64,000 bases of DNA from Gammaproteobacteria bacterium (GCA_041488375.1 JBGPPD010000002.1:3823-67822); one strand, 5' to 3'; numbered from the stretch's first letter, positions 44,092-57,467 are shown. The notes: generated by a model from the sequence alone, not told the origin. Program-made: numbers and translations.

Positions 44092-44180
44092 GCGGTTGCG
44101 GTTGGAGCGTGAATTTTACCGCGCAGTGGAACACCGCGCCACGTTTGAAAAACCTTTTCCGATCAAGCGCTTCGCAACTG

Positions 44181-45527
44181 CTACTTGCCCATGCAGAAGC
44201 GCGAGAAAATCTCTCCCAGTAAATCGTCCGCGCTGAACTTCCCCGTAATTGCTGTCAATGCCTGTTGAGCAAGACGCAACTCCTCCGCGAACAACTCCCA
44301 GCGTTCCGCATGGTCCGCCGCTGCCGCCAGATGCGTGCCCGCTGCCCGCAACGCGCGCAAGTGCCTCTCGCGGGCAAGAAACACCGATTCACCGTGCGAC
44401 TTCCGCCCGGCGGCTTCGAGAATCGCGCGGCGCAAGGCCTCCATGCCGGTCCCGGTTCTTGCGGAAACACAAACCGCCGGATGTTCGCCCGGCGGCGGCC
44501 AAAATCCAGGCGTCAGGTCGATCTTGTTGTAGATGTCGATGCGTGCCGCCCCGGCAGGTGCGCTTATCGGCGGTGCACGATCTGCTGCAGAGGCGTCATG
44601 GATCGCCAGAACCAGGTCGGCGCGGGCGACTTCCTGTTGTGCACGCTCGACGCCAAGCCGCTCGACTTCATCGCCCGGTTCGCGCAACCCGGCGGTATCC
44701 ACCAAGTTCAGCGGTACGCCTTCGATCTGGATAGATTCGCGCAGCGCGTCGCGCGTGGTTCCAGGGATGGCAGTGACGATCGCGCGCTCCTCGCCCGCAA
44801 GCCGGTTGAGAAGGCTCGACTTGCCGACGTTGGGGCGTCCGGCAAGCACAACCTGTATCCCGGTCCGTAGCAAGCTTCCCTCATGGCTGCGAGCCTGGAT
44901 ACCCTCGAGTGCCGAACGCAAGCGCGCCAGGCGCGCGGCCGCGTCGTCGCGATGCAGCGAGTCCACCTCCTCTTCGGGGAAATCCAGCGCCGCTTCGGTC
45001 AGCGCGCGCAAATCGACGAGCTGCGCGACCAGTCCGGCAACCGCGGCAGAAAACTCTCCCGTCAGGGAGCGAAGGGCGCTACGTGCCGCTTCCGTGCTTG
45101 CCGCGTCGATCAGGTCGGCCACCGCTTCGGCCTGCGCCAGGTCCATGCGGCCGTTGAGGAAGGCGCGCCGCGTAAACTCCCCGGGCTCCGCGAGCCGCGC
45201 ATCTGCGTCCAGACACGCCTGAAGGACCCCCTGCAGGACGACGGGGCCGCCGTGCCCCTGGAACTCGAAGCCGTGTTCGCCGGTATAGGAACGCGGTGCC
45301 GGAAAGTACAAGGACAGGCCTTCATCCAGCACCCGTCCCTGCGCATCACGCGCCACCCCGTAGGTCGCGACTCTGGCCTCGGGCAAGCGGCCCAGGAGCC
45401 GGCGCGCAATTTCCGGCGCGAGCGGGCCTGAGACGCGCACGATGCCGATTGCGCCGCGACCCGAGGGCGTCGCGATGGCAGCGATGGTTTCGGTCTTGCG
45501 CCCCCCGGGCGGCTCAGCGCTTGGCAT
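44181..45527 (-). CDS. mnmE: tRNA modification GTPase MnmE (TrmE)
   Basis: 448 aa. N-terminus TIAAIATPSGRGAIGIVRVSG, G-domain GRPNVGKSSLLN, C-terminal CMGK. Confidence 0.95.
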   Translation of the reverse strand: MPSAEPPGGRKTETIAAIATPSGRGAIGIVRVSGPLAPEIARRLLGRLPEARVATYGVARDAQGRVLDEGLSLYFPAPRSYTGEHGFEFQGHGGPVVLQGVLQACLDADARLAEPGEFTRRAFLNGRMDLAQAEAVADLIDAASTEAARSALRSLTGEFSAAVAGLVAQLVDLRALTEAALDFPEEEVDSLHRDDAAARLARLRSALEGIQARSHEGSLLRTGIQVVLAGRPNVGKSSLLNRLAGEERAIVTAIPGTTRDALRESIQIEGVPLNLVDTAGLREPGDEVERLGVERAQQEVARADLVLAIHDASAADRAPPISAPAGAARIDIYNKIDLTPGFWPPPGEHPAVCVSARTGTGMEALRRAILEAAGRKSHGESVFLARERHLRALRAAGTHLAAAADHAERWELFAEELRLAQQALTAITGKFSADDLLGEIFSRFCMGK

Positions 45528-47178
45528 GGGCAGTCTTGTCGCGATTGAACATGCGCTGGATCTGCCACTGTTGCAGGATGGAAAGAATGTTGTTGACCAG
45601 CCAGTACAAGACCAGCCCGGCGGGAAAGAAGAAGAAGAACACGCTGAAAATAAAGGGCATGAACTTCATTACTTTGGCTTGTACCGGATCGGGCGGCACC
45701 GGGTTCATACGCGTCTGCAGCACCATCGTGACAGTCATCAGCAGCGGCAGGACGTAGTATGGATCGAGCGCCGACAGGTCTTTGATCCACAGAATGAACG
45801 GGGCGTGGCGCAGTTCGATCGCCGCCAGCAGCACCCAGTACAGGGCGATGAATACCGGAATCTGCACCAGGATCGGGAAGCAGCCGCCGAGAGGATTGAT
45901 CTTCTCCGTTTTGTAGAGCTCCATCATCGCCTGGTTCAAGCGTGCACGATCATTGCCGTACATCTCCCGCATCTTGGTCATGCGCGGCGTCACCAGTTTC
46001 ATCTTCGCCATCGACTTGTAACTCGCGGCCGAAAGCGGGAAGAACAGCAGCTTGATGGTCACGGTGAGCAGGATGATCGCAGCGCCCCAGTTCCCGGCAA
46101 TGAAATGGTATTTTTCCAGCAGCCAGAATAATGGCCAGGCAATGATCGTCAGCCAGCCGTAGTCGACCACCAGATCAAAGCCCGGAGCCGCCGCCTTGAG
46201 GCGGTGCTGCTCCTGCGGTCCCACATACAGCGGCGCGCCGATGCGGGCCGTGGCTCCCGGCGCGATCTCCGGCACGGGCAGCACTACCCTGCCAACGTAG
46301 ACCCCGTCCTGCCGGCGCTCCATCACGTAGTCTCGCGCGCCCTTGGCCGTCGGGAGCCAGCCGGACACAAAGTAGTGCTGCACGAACGCGATCCAGCCGT
46401 CCTCGGCGTGTCGCATGTACTCCGCCTTTCCCTTGTCGAGATCGGCAAAGTGCACCTTTTGGAACTTCTTCTCTTCCGTGTATTCGGCGAAACCGGCAAA
46501 GCTTTGCGCGCCGAAGGTTCGCGCGACAGAATTGCCGGCTGCATCCAGCTTGCCGTCGTGAGTCAGTTGGAAATAGGCGAACGGGGACAGCGGCACCGCT
46601 CCCTTGTTGCTGATCTCCATGGTGACGTCGACGATGTAACTGTCGCGCGTAAAGACAAAAACCTTGTCGACGACGACGCCCCCCGGGCCCTGCGCTGAAA
46701 GGCGAATTTCGAGCTTGTTGTCGCCAGCCGCGAGTTCGCGCGCACCCGGCTGAGCCTGCCACAGCGTGCGGTGGTTAGGCCCGGCCTCGCCCGTCAGGCC
46801 GCTTTGCGCAAAATACTGGCGCTCCGCCCCGAGCAGCACCAGATTCTTGCTCAGGTCGTCGGCATCCTTGTGCTTGAGCAGCTCCACCCTGCTCAGGGTT
46901 CCGCCAAGCGTGTCGATTTCGGCGACCATCAGGTCAGTCCGAACGCGAAGCGTTTCGCCCCGCGCGGCGGGCGCGGTGTCGGGCACGGCCGCAGACACTG
47001 GTCCGGACTGTGAGCTAGCTGCGGCGACCGCCGGCTTCTGCGGCGTCGGGACTGCCGGAACGGACTGCGTGACCGTTGCCGGAACCGGTTTAGGTCGGTT
47101 CTGCTTCTCCCACGAGTCCCACAGCAGCAGCAGTGAAAAGCTGAAAATGAAGAACAGGATCAGTCTTTGGGTATCCAT
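45514..47178 (-). CDS. yidC: membrane protein insertase YidC
   Basis: 554 aa. N-terminal TM segment, large periplasmic domain and a conserved C-terminal 5-TM core. Confidence 0.95.
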   Translation of the reverse strand: MDTQRLILFFIFSFSLLLLWDSWEKQNRPKPVPATVTQSVPAVPTPQKPAVAAASSQSGPVSAAVPDTAPAARGETLRVRTDLMVAEIDTLGGTLSRVELLKHKDADDLSKNLVLLGAERQYFAQSGLTGEAGPNHRTLWQAQPGARELAAGDNKLEIRLSAQGPGGVVVDKVFVFTRDSYIVDVTMEISNKGAVPLSPFAYFQLTHDGKLDAAGNSVARTFGAQSFAGFAEYTEEKKFQKVHFADLDKGKAEYMRHAEDGWIAFVQHYFVSGWLPTAKGARDYVMERRQDGVYVGRVVLPVPEIAPGATARIGAPLYVGPQEQHRLKAAAPGFDLVVDYGWLTIIAWPLFWLLEKYHFIAGNWGAAIILLTVTIKLLFFPLSAASYKSMAKMKLVTPRMTKMREMYGNDRARLNQAMMELYKTEKINPLGGCFPILVQIPVFIALYWVLLAAIELRHAPFILWIKDLSALDPYYVLPLLMTVTMVLQTRMNPVPPDPVQAKVMKFMPFIFSVFFFFFPAGLVLYWLVNNILSILQQWQIQRMFNRDKTAHAKR

Positions 47179-47205
47179 CGGACTCCGTGTCGCCCCTGGT
47201 GTGCT

Positions 47206-47430
47206 TCAGCCGCGCCGGTTTGACGGCACCGGATCGTACCCGCCCCGGTGCCATGGGCCGCAGCGGCAAAGCCGCCGAGCTGCGAGCCAACCGCCGCCGA
47301 ACAGTCCATGCCTGGCAAGTGCCTCCTCCGCGTATTGCGAGCAACTGGGGTGGAAGCGGCATACCGGTCCCAGCATCGGGCTGATAAAAAACCGGTAAGT
47401 ACGCAGCAGCAGTCTGAGGAGGCTGGTCAT
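47206..47430 (-). CDS. yidD: membrane protein insertion efficiency factor YidD
   Basis: ORF 47206..47565 trimmed to the ATG at 47430. 74 aa with [23 protein letters not shown]. Confidence 0.9.
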   Translation of the reverse strand: MTSLLRLLLRTYRFFISPMLGPVCRFHPSCSQYAEEALARHGLFGGGWLAARRLCRCGPWHRGGYDPVPSNRRG

Positions 47431-47786
47431 GGATTCAAGTTTCTGAGCAGTTCCCTCAGTCGCGTCAGCATCGCCGGCGATCCCCGCGCCCCATACGGGG
47501 GTCGTACCAGCACATCGAGCGGTCCGAGCTGCGCCTGCTCGAGGCGGAACGCCTCGCGGATGCACCGCTTGAGCCGATTGCGCTCGGTGGCAAGCGCGGA
47601 ATGCCGGCGTGTCACCAGAATTCCCAGCCGCGGCGGACCCTCGCCCCTGCGTCTGAGGTAAAAGGTATATCCCGAAAGGCTCCGCCGCCGGCCCTCGCGC
47701 AGCAGCGGTTCGAACGCAGAGCGTCCGGCGAGCTTTCGATCCGCCCCGAAGGGACTAGACCGAGAGCCGCTTGCGGCCGCGTGCAC
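47427..47786 (-). CDS. rnpA: ribonuclease P protein component
   Basis: Basic protein with the RNR-like motif [13 protein letters not shown], between rpmH and yidD. No ATG lies after the rpmH stop, so the start is uncertain. The in-frame GTG at 47786 would overlap rpmH by 32 nt. Confidence 0.8.
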   Translation of the reverse strand: MHAAASGSRSSPFGADRKLAGRSAFEPLLREGRRRSLSGYTFYLRRRGEGPPRLGILVTRRHSALATERNRLKRCIREAFRLEQAQLGPLDVLVRPPYGARGSPAMLTRLRELLRNLNP

Positions 47787-47889
47787 GCCGCGCGCGCAGC
47801 ACCGCACGGCCACCGCGCGTGCGGCTGCGAACAAGAAATCCGTGACGCCGCGCGCGTCGCGTCTTGGAAGGCTGGTAGGTGCGTTTCAT
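47755..47889 (-). CDS. rpmH: 50S ribosomal protein L34
   Basis: Absent from the ORF track because it is under 60 aa. Hand translation of the minus strand gives [44 protein letters not shown] followed by a stop. Confidence 0.93.
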   Translation of the reverse strand: MKRTYQPSKTRRARRHGFLVRSRTRGGRAVLRARRARGRKRLSV

Positions 47890-47982
47890 CGGCCTGCTCG
47901 CTGCGAAAAAGGGCGGTATTAGAGCCTGCGCCGCTCGGCATTGTCAACCTGAATCAACAGGGCACCGCGCAAGACAGAAGTC

Positions 47983-47991
47983 TGTGGATAA
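47983..47991. promoter_or_regulatory. perfect DnaA box (TGTGGATAA / TTATCCACA) in the dnaA upstream region
   Basis: Exact 9-mer, about 100 nt upstream of the dnaA ATG. It overlaps the -35 position relative to a TAAAAT at about 48008. Confidence 0.75.
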
Positions 47992-48089
47992 CGCGACTTG
48001 GAAGGGGTAAAATTTCATTCTCGCTGGCACGTCGCTTCGCGGCCCCGGCGTTGCCCCTGAACAGCGCGTTTCGCGAGACCGCAAAGATC

Positions 48090-49418
48090 ATGCAAAGCCT
48101 CTGGGACGCCTGCCTGCGCCGCTTGGAGCAGGAGCTTCCCGCGCAACAATTCAGCACCTGGATCCGGCCGCTCGCCGCCGAAGCCAGCGCGCAGGAAAAC
48201 GGCACGTTGGTCCTCTCCGCGCCGAATCGCTTCGTCCTCGAACTGGTGCGCGAGCGCTACGCGGGGCGCATCGAGAAGCTGGCGGCCGAGGCGAGCGGCC
48301 GCGACCTCGGTGTGCGCCTGGTGCTGGCGCGCGGCGGCGAAGCGCCCGTGCGCGCCGCGCCACCGCGCAGCAACGCCGAGGCGCCGGCGGTGCTCGAGCG
48401 GGCACGACTCAACCGAATGTTCACGTTCGACAGCTTCGTCACCGGCAAGGCGAACCAGCTGGCGCGCGCGGCGGCCATCCAGGTCTCGGAAAATCCGGGC
48501 ATCTCCTATAACCCTCTATTCATCTATGGCGGCGTGGGACTCGGCAAGACGCATTTGCTGCAGGCGATCGGCAACCACCTTGCGGAGCAGCGTCCGCAAG
48601 CGAGGCTGCGCTACATTCACGCCGAGCAGTACGTCACCGACGTGGTCCGCGCCTACCAGCAGAAATCCTTCGACGAGTTCAAGCGCTATTACCATTCGCT
48701 TGACCTGCTGCTCATCGACGACATCCAGTTCTTCTCCAACAAGGGGCGCACGCAGGAGGAGTTCTTCTACGCCTTCAACGCGCTGGTCGAAGCTCACAAG
48801 CAGATCGTCATCAGCTGCGACACCTATCCGAAGGAAATTGCGGGCATGGAGGAGCGCCTTATTTCGCGCTTCGGCTGGGGCCTGACCGTGGCCATCGAAC
48901 CCCCCGAGCTGGAAATGCGCGTCGCCATTGTCCTGAAGAAGGCCGAAGCCGAAGCGGAGCGCGTCTCCGAGGAGATCGCCTTCTTCATCGCCAAGAACAT
49001 CCGCTCGAACGTGCGCGAACTGGAAGGCGCACTGAAGAAGGTGCTCGCTTTCGCGCGCTTCAATGGACGGGAGCTGTCGCTTGAGCTCGCCAAGGAGGCG
49101 CTGCGCGACATTCTCAACGTCGCCAGCCGGCAGATCAGCGTCGATGGCATCCAGAAGACGGTGGCGGAGTATTTCAAGCTGAAGATTTCCGACATGCATT
49201 CCAAGAAGCGCAGCCGCAACGTGGCGCGGCCGCGCCAGGTCGCGATGTGCCTCGCCAAGGACTTGACGCCCATGAGCCTGCCAGAGATCGGCGAGGCGTT
49301 CGGCAATCGCGACCACACGACAGTGCTGCATGCCTGCCGCACCATTTCAAGTCTGCGCAAGAAGGACTCCACGCTCAACCGGGACTACCTGGTGCTCGAA
49401 CAGGTACTGAAAGGATGA
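48090..49418 (+). CDS. dnaA: chromosomal replication initiator protein DnaA
   Basis: ORF 47601..49418 trimmed to the ATG at 48090 ([28 protein letters not shown]). AAA+ Walker [11 protein letters not shown] and C-terminal DNA-binding domain (DHTTVLHA). Confidence 0.95.
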   Translation: MQSLWDACLRRLEQELPAQQFSTWIRPLAAEASAQENGTLVLSAPNRFVLELVRERYAGRIEKLAAEASGRDLGVRLVLARGGEAPVRAAPPRSNAEAPAVLERARLNRMFTFDSFVTGKANQLARAAAIQVSENPGISYNPLFIYGGVGLGKTHLLQAIGNHLAEQRPQARLRYIHAEQYVTDVVRAYQQKSFDEFKRYYHSLDLLLIDDIQFFSNKGRTQEEFFYAFNALVEAHKQIVISCDTYPKEIAGMEERLISRFGWGLTVAIEPPELEMRVAIVLKKAEAEAERVSEEIAFFIAKNIRSNVRELEGALKKVLAFARFNGRELSLELAKEALRDILNVASRQISVDGIQKTVAEYFKLKISDMHSKKRSRNVARPRQVAMCLAKDLTPMSLPEIGEAFGNRDHTTVLHACRTISSLRKKDSTLNRDYLVLEQVLKG

Positions 49419-49615
49419 TCAGTCTGTGGGTTTCCTATGTGTGGATTGTGAGTAACCTGCTTGCCGCGTGCGCCGCCCGGTTTCATCCCCATCCGCGCAC
49501 ATCCAGTCCACAGCTTTCCCCGACCCGCCGCGCCTCGCAAACATGCGATCGCAAAGCACAATTCGGGTTATCCCTCGATTCCGACCTGCTCTATTACTAC
49601 TACTAAGGATAAATA

Positions 49616-53156
<3,541 letters not shown>

Positions 53157-55730
53157 CTAGGCGGCGCGCCGCCTGCGGGCGGGCGCCCGGGGGCGCTTTG
53201 GCGGCTTGGCCGCTTTCGCAGCCGGCGCCGGCTTTTCCTTCCGGATCGGTTTTACCTCCGCGGCGGGCGCACCGGCCTTGCCGGCAGTCCCGGGCTTGGC
53301 CGCGCGCGGCTGGAACTCGAAGCCGATCTTGCCGCCCGGCGTCTTCACCAGGAAGGCCTTGAACGGGCGTCCCTTCTTGGAGATGAAGCGCGGCAGCAGG
53401 TCGGTGCGGCCCGTGGCGAGCAGCTTCTGCAGTTGCTCACGCTCGATCGGCTGCTGCAGGATGATCTTCCCGGTGCGGAAATCGCAACTGCGCTCCGCGC
53501 CCACCGACTTCTCGCAGACGTAGGCGACGCCGTGGTCGTACACGCCGGAGCCGCACTTGGGGCAGGTGCCCAGGCGCTCCTGCTTGCTGAAATCCTGCGC
53601 GGGCTCGCTGTCGGAGGCGCTGCCTTGGCCGAAGTCAAACTCGGTGCGGAACTCGTCGTTGAGCTTCATCGCGGCGGAAAAGGGCTTGCCCATGCGGCTG
53701 CGAAAGCCTGTCAAAGGTCCGATGTAACGCTTGGTGATCAGCTCGGCAACTTCCTCGGGCGACCACTCGCGACCCGAGGTGACCTTCCACAGCGAGAAAT
53801 CGCACTTCTGGCACTGGAATTTGCGGTAATTCTCCTGCACGGTGCCGCCGCACTTCGGGCACGGAGCGGGCACCGTTGCATAAACCGTATCCGGTATCTC
53901 GCCGTGCTTGATGATTTCGACGGTGTTCTTGACCAGCGCCCAGATCTCCTTCATGAACGCGTCGCGCGTCAGTTTGCCCTGCTCGATCAACCGCAGCTTG
54001 TGCTCCCACTCTCCCGTCAGCTCCGGCGAGGCGAGCTCGACGATGCCGAGCATGTGCAAAGCAAACATCAGCGAAAACGCCTTGGGCGTCGGAACCAGTT
54101 CCCTGCCGCTGCGGTGCACGTACTCCTCGCGGATCAGCCCTTCGATGATGGCCGCACGCGTCGCCGGCGTGCCCAGACCCTTGGCCTCCATCGCCTCGCG
54201 CAGCTCGTCGTCCTCCACCAGCTTGCCGGCACCTTCCATGGCCGACAGCAGCGTCGCCTCGCTGTAGCGGGCAGGGGGCTTGGTCTGCAGGGCGGAGGCA
54301 GCTACCTCGAGCGTCTTCACCTTCTCGCCGTTGCCCACCGGCGGCAGGTTCTCATTCTCATCCTGAGTTGCCCGACCGTATATCGCGAGCCAGCCGGCGC
54401 TTTGCAGCACCTTGCCCTCGGTTCTGAAACGATGCTCGCCGACAGTAGTGATGCGTGTGGTCTGCAGGAACTCCGCCGAAGGGTGGAATACGGCGAGGAA
54501 GCGTCGTACCACCAGGTCGTACAGCTTGCGCTCGGCCTCGTTCAGATTCTTGGGCGACTGCAGCGTCGGGATGATGGCGAAGTGATCCGAGATCTTGCTG
54601 TTATCGAAGATGCGGCGGTTGGGTTTCACCCAGCCGTTCTTGAGCACTGCTTTGGCAAAGGGGGCGTAGTCGCGATCGGCGGTGAGCATGTCCATCGCCT
54701 TCTTCACCGTGCCGACGTAATCCTCGGGCAGCGCCCGCGAATCGGTACGCGGATAGGTCAGCACCTTGTGGCGCTCGTAGAGCGCCTGCGCCAGCGACAA
54801 GGTGCCGCGCGCCGAGAAGCCGAAGCGGCCGTTGGCTTCACGCTGCAAGCTGGTCAGGTCGAACAGCAGCGGCGAGGCCTGCGTGGTCGGCTTGGTCTCC
54901 TCGGTGACGGTCCCGGGCTTGCCGATACTGGCGGCGACGACCGCTTCGGCGGCGGCGGCCTGCCACCACCTCTCCGGCTTGCGCTCCGCGTCGTCGGCCT
55001 TGCGGAACTCCGGATCAAACCAGCGTCCCGCGTACTCGCCTGCCTTGGCGCCGAAACGTGCGTGTACTTCCCAGTAGTCCCGCGGCTTGAATTCGCGGAT
55101 GCGTTCCTCACGCTCCACCAGGATCGCGAGGGTCGGCGTCTGCACGCGGCCGACAGTGGTCAGGTAGAAGCCGCCTTCCTTGGAGTTGAACGCGGTCATG
55201 GCACGGGTGCCATTGATGCCCATTAGCCAGTCAGCCTCGGAGCGGCTCTTGGCGGCATCTGCAAGCGGCAGCAGGTCCCTGTCACCGCGCAGGTGGGTGA
55301 AGCCGTCGCGTATCGAAGCCGTCGTCATCGACTGCAACCACAGGCGCTGGATCGGCTTCCTGCTGTGCGCATGCTGCACGATGTAGCGGAAGATCAGCTC
55401 GCCCTCGCGACCCGCGTCGCAGGCGTTGATCAGGCCGTCAACGTCCTTGCGCTTGAGGAGCCGCAACAGCAGGTTGAGCCGCTCGGCGCCACGCTCGATC
55501 GGCGCCAGATCGAAATGCGGTGGGATGACCGGCAGGTTCGCGAACGACCACTTGCCGCGCTTGACATCGAACTGTTCCGGCACCGTGAGCTCGAGCAGGT
55601 GGCCGACGGCGGACGACAGCACGTACTCGTTGCTCTCGAAGTAATCGCCCTTGCGCGTGAAGCCGCTCAGCGCGCGCGCGATGTCCGCGGCGACGGACGG
55701 TTTCTCGGCAATGATCAGTTTCTTGTTCAT
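53157..55730 (-). CDS. topB: type IA DNA topoisomerase, topoisomerase III-like, with C-terminal zinc ribbons and a basic K/A/P tail
   Basis: 857 aa. The N-terminus LIIAEKPSVAADIARAL, SAVGHLLEL and GRVQTPTL resemble TopB rather than TopA. Two CPKCG...C..C ribbons. Confidence 0.85.
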   Translation of the reverse strand: MNKKLIIAEKPSVAADIARALSGFTRKGDYFESNEYVLSSAVGHLLELTVPEQFDVKRGKWSFANLPVIPPHFDLAPIERGAERLNLLLRLLKRKDVDGLINACDAGREGELIFRYIVQHAHSRKPIQRLWLQSMTTASIRDGFTHLRGDRDLLPLADAAKSRSEADWLMGINGTRAMTAFNSKEGGFYLTTVGRVQTPTLAILVEREERIREFKPRDYWEVHARFGAKAGEYAGRWFDPEFRKADDAERKPERWWQAAAAEAVVAASIGKPGTVTEETKPTTQASPLLFDLTSLQREANGRFGFSARGTLSLAQALYERHKVLTYPRTDSRALPEDYVGTVKKAMDMLTADRDYAPFAKAVLKNGWVKPNRRIFDNSKISDHFAIIPTLQSPKNLNEAERKLYDLVVRRFLAVFHPSAEFLQTTRITTVGEHRFRTEGKVLQSAGWLAIYGRATQDENENLPPVGNGEKVKTLEVAASALQTKPPARYSEATLLSAMEGAGKLVEDDELREAMEAKGLGTPATRAAIIEGLIREEYVHRSGRELVPTPKAFSLMFALHMLGIVELASPELTGEWEHKLRLIEQGKLTRDAFMKEIWALVKNTVEIIKHGEIPDTVYATVPAPCPKCGGTVQENYRKFQCQKCDFSLWKVTSGREWSPEEVAELITKRYIGPLTGFRSRMGKPFSAAMKLNDEFRTEFDFGQGSASDSEPAQDFSKQERLGTCPKCGSGVYDHGVAYVCEKSVGAERSCDFRTGKIILQQPIEREQLQKLLATGRTDLLPRFISKKGRPFKAFLVKTPGGKIGFEFQPRAAKPGTAGKAGAPAAEVKPIRKEKPAPAAKAAKPPKRPRAPARRRRAA

Positions 55731-55821
55731 GCGGCGCGAAAGGCCGCAGAGGATACCTGCAAAGAACGTGCCGTTACAACCGTTACCTGTTTCCCCACGC
55801 GCCTATGCGCGCGCAAACCCT

Positions 55822-56280
55822 TTAGCTCGGCAGACGCCCGCCGCGCGCCGACAGCAACTCCTCGGCGATCAGCTGGCTGGCCGGGGTGCGCTGGTTCCAC
55901 AGGACCATCAGCACGATCAGTTTGAGCTGATCCAGCGACAGCGTGTCGCCGATGGCCGCCAGCGCACGCTCGATGATGTGCTCGCGGGTGGGTGGCGTGA
56001 GGATGCCGGATTGCTCCAGGTACATCAGGAAACCGCGGCAGTCGACGTCCAGCTTCGCGAGTTCCTTCGGTGCGAACGCGCGGAACGCATTGCCACGTTC
56101 GGGCAGCGGCGCCAGGGAACGCTGCGGCGTGCGCACCACGCCGGCCATCCAGCTCAGCGCCTCGCTGATGTCCGATTCATCGAAGCCGGCGGCCGACAGC
56201 TTCTTCGCCACCCGGTCGGCGTCATGCGACAGATCGGCCTGGTGGCAGTTCTCGAACAGGTAGACGAGGATGTCGAACAT
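55822..56280 (-). CDS. smg: Smg (DUF494) protein
   Basis: ORF 55822..56307 with the likely start at MFDILVYLFEN (56280). Conserved dprA-smg-topoisomerase neighbourhood. Confidence 0.85.
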   Translation of the reverse strand: MFDILVYLFENCHQADLSHDADRVAKKLSAAGFDESDISEALSWMAGVVRTPQRSLAPLPERGNAFRAFAPKELAKLDVDCRGFLMYLEQSGILTPPTREHIIERALAAIGDTLSLDQLKLIVLMVLWNQRTPASQLIAEELLSARGGRLPS

Positions 56281-56303
56281 GTTGTTGTTCTCCTGGGTGG
56301 GCA

Positions 56304-57392
56304 TCAACTGAGGCGTTGGAACAGCCCGCCTGGCAGCGTGGCGATGCGGCCGGCAAGCTCCAGTCGCAGCAGTTCAGCGGACACGCGCTCGGCGGGCAAC
56401 CCGGCACGCGCACAGATCGAGTCAAGGTCCACGGGCTCGAATCCCATGTGCGACAACAGCGGCTCGGGTTGCGCGTGCGGACTCGCCGCTGCGCGTGTCG
56501 AGGCAAAGCCGGTGCGCTGAAACGCGGTCAACTCGGCGAGGACGTCCTCGGCTGATTCGACCAGCTTGGCGCCCTGCTTGATCAACGCGTGGCAACCCTT
56601 GGTGAGCGGGGAATGGATCGATCCGGGAAGCGCGAACACTTCGCGGCCCTGATCGGTGGCGGCGCGCGCGGTTATCAGGGATCCCGAGGCAAGCGCCGCC
56701 TCGATGACCAGGCAACCATGCGCCAATCCGCTGATCAGCCGGTTGCGGCGCGGAAAATTGTGCGCAGCGCCGCCGGTGCCGAGCGGGAACTCGGACAATA
56801 GCAATCCCGTTTCAGCGATGCGCGCCGCAAGCGGCGCGTTTTGCCGCGGGTAAACCACGTCGACGCCGGTGCCGAAGAGCGCGATGGTCGACCCCTCGGC
56901 GGCGAGGCCGCCCCGGTGGGCGGCGGCGTCAATCCCCAGGGCGAGCCCGGAAACGATGGTCAAGCCGGCAGCACTGAACGCCTTGGCGAAATTCTCAGCG
57001 TCGCGCACGCCTTGCGCGGTGGCGTTTCGGCTACCGACCACCGCGAGGGACGGCCGGCCCAGCAGTTCGACGCGGCCCACGGCGTAGAGCAGTGGCGGCG
57101 GGTCAGGGATCTCGAGCAATAACCTGGGATACGCGGCATCCGCCAGCGTGACGATCGCGTTCCCGGGTGCCTCCGCCCAGCGCAATGCGTGTTCAACGGC
57201 TGGCGCAATAGCCCCCGGGTTCAGCAATTGCGCCGCGGCGGGGCCAGCGGCGCGCTCAAGCTGTGGCCGGGTTGCGGCCAGGATTTTTTCCGGAAGGCCG
57301 AATTCCTTCAACAGACTGCGAATCGCGGCGGGACCGAGCCCGGGGGTGAGCGTGAGTCGTAGCCAACTCGCCAGCCCGGGATCCTGCGTCAT
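56304..57392 (-). CDS. dprA: DNA-processing protein DprA
   Basis: 362 aa with the Rossmann-like DprA core (VVGSRNAT..., GIDAAAHRGGL). Confidence 0.9.
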   Translation of the reverse strand: MTQDPGLASWLRLTLTPGLGPAAIRSLLKEFGLPEKILAATRPQLERAAGPAAAQLLNPGAIAPAVEHALRWAEAPGNAIVTLADAAYPRLLLEIPDPPPLLYAVGRVELLGRPSLAVVGSRNATAQGVRDAENFAKAFSAAGLTIVSGLALGIDAAAHRGGLAAEGSTIALFGTGVDVVYPRQNAPLAARIAETGLLLSEFPLGTGGAAHNFPRRNRLISGLAHGCLVIEAALASGSLITARAATDQGREVFALPGSIHSPLTKGCHALIKQGAKLVESAEDVLAELTAFQRTGFASTRAAASPHAQPEPLLSHMGFEPVDLDSICARAGLPAERVSAELLRLELAGRIATLPGGLFQRLS

Positions 57393-57467
57393 CCGGGCGG
57401 CGACAACCGGAGGCCGATGCCTCCGCCCTGTGGCGCCGGTGCCGCGCAGCGCCAGCGTACAAGATGC

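Noticed and set aside
44121-44155. parS-like fragments (GTGGAACA and CCACGTTTGAAA) in the mnmE-pckG spacer
   Set aside because: Neither aligns to the full 16-bp parS without an indel. They are only half-site matches.
47601-48089. N-terminal extension of DnaA (605-aa ORF from 47601)
   Set aside because: The extension overlaps rnpA and rpmH on the opposite strand and the DnaA-box/promoter region. The conserved DnaA N-terminus begins at the ATG at 48090.
55731-55821. Short GC hairpin (CGCGC-ATAG-GCGCG) after smg
   Set aside because: The stem is 5 bp with no following T-run. This is indistinguishable from background in GC-rich DNA.
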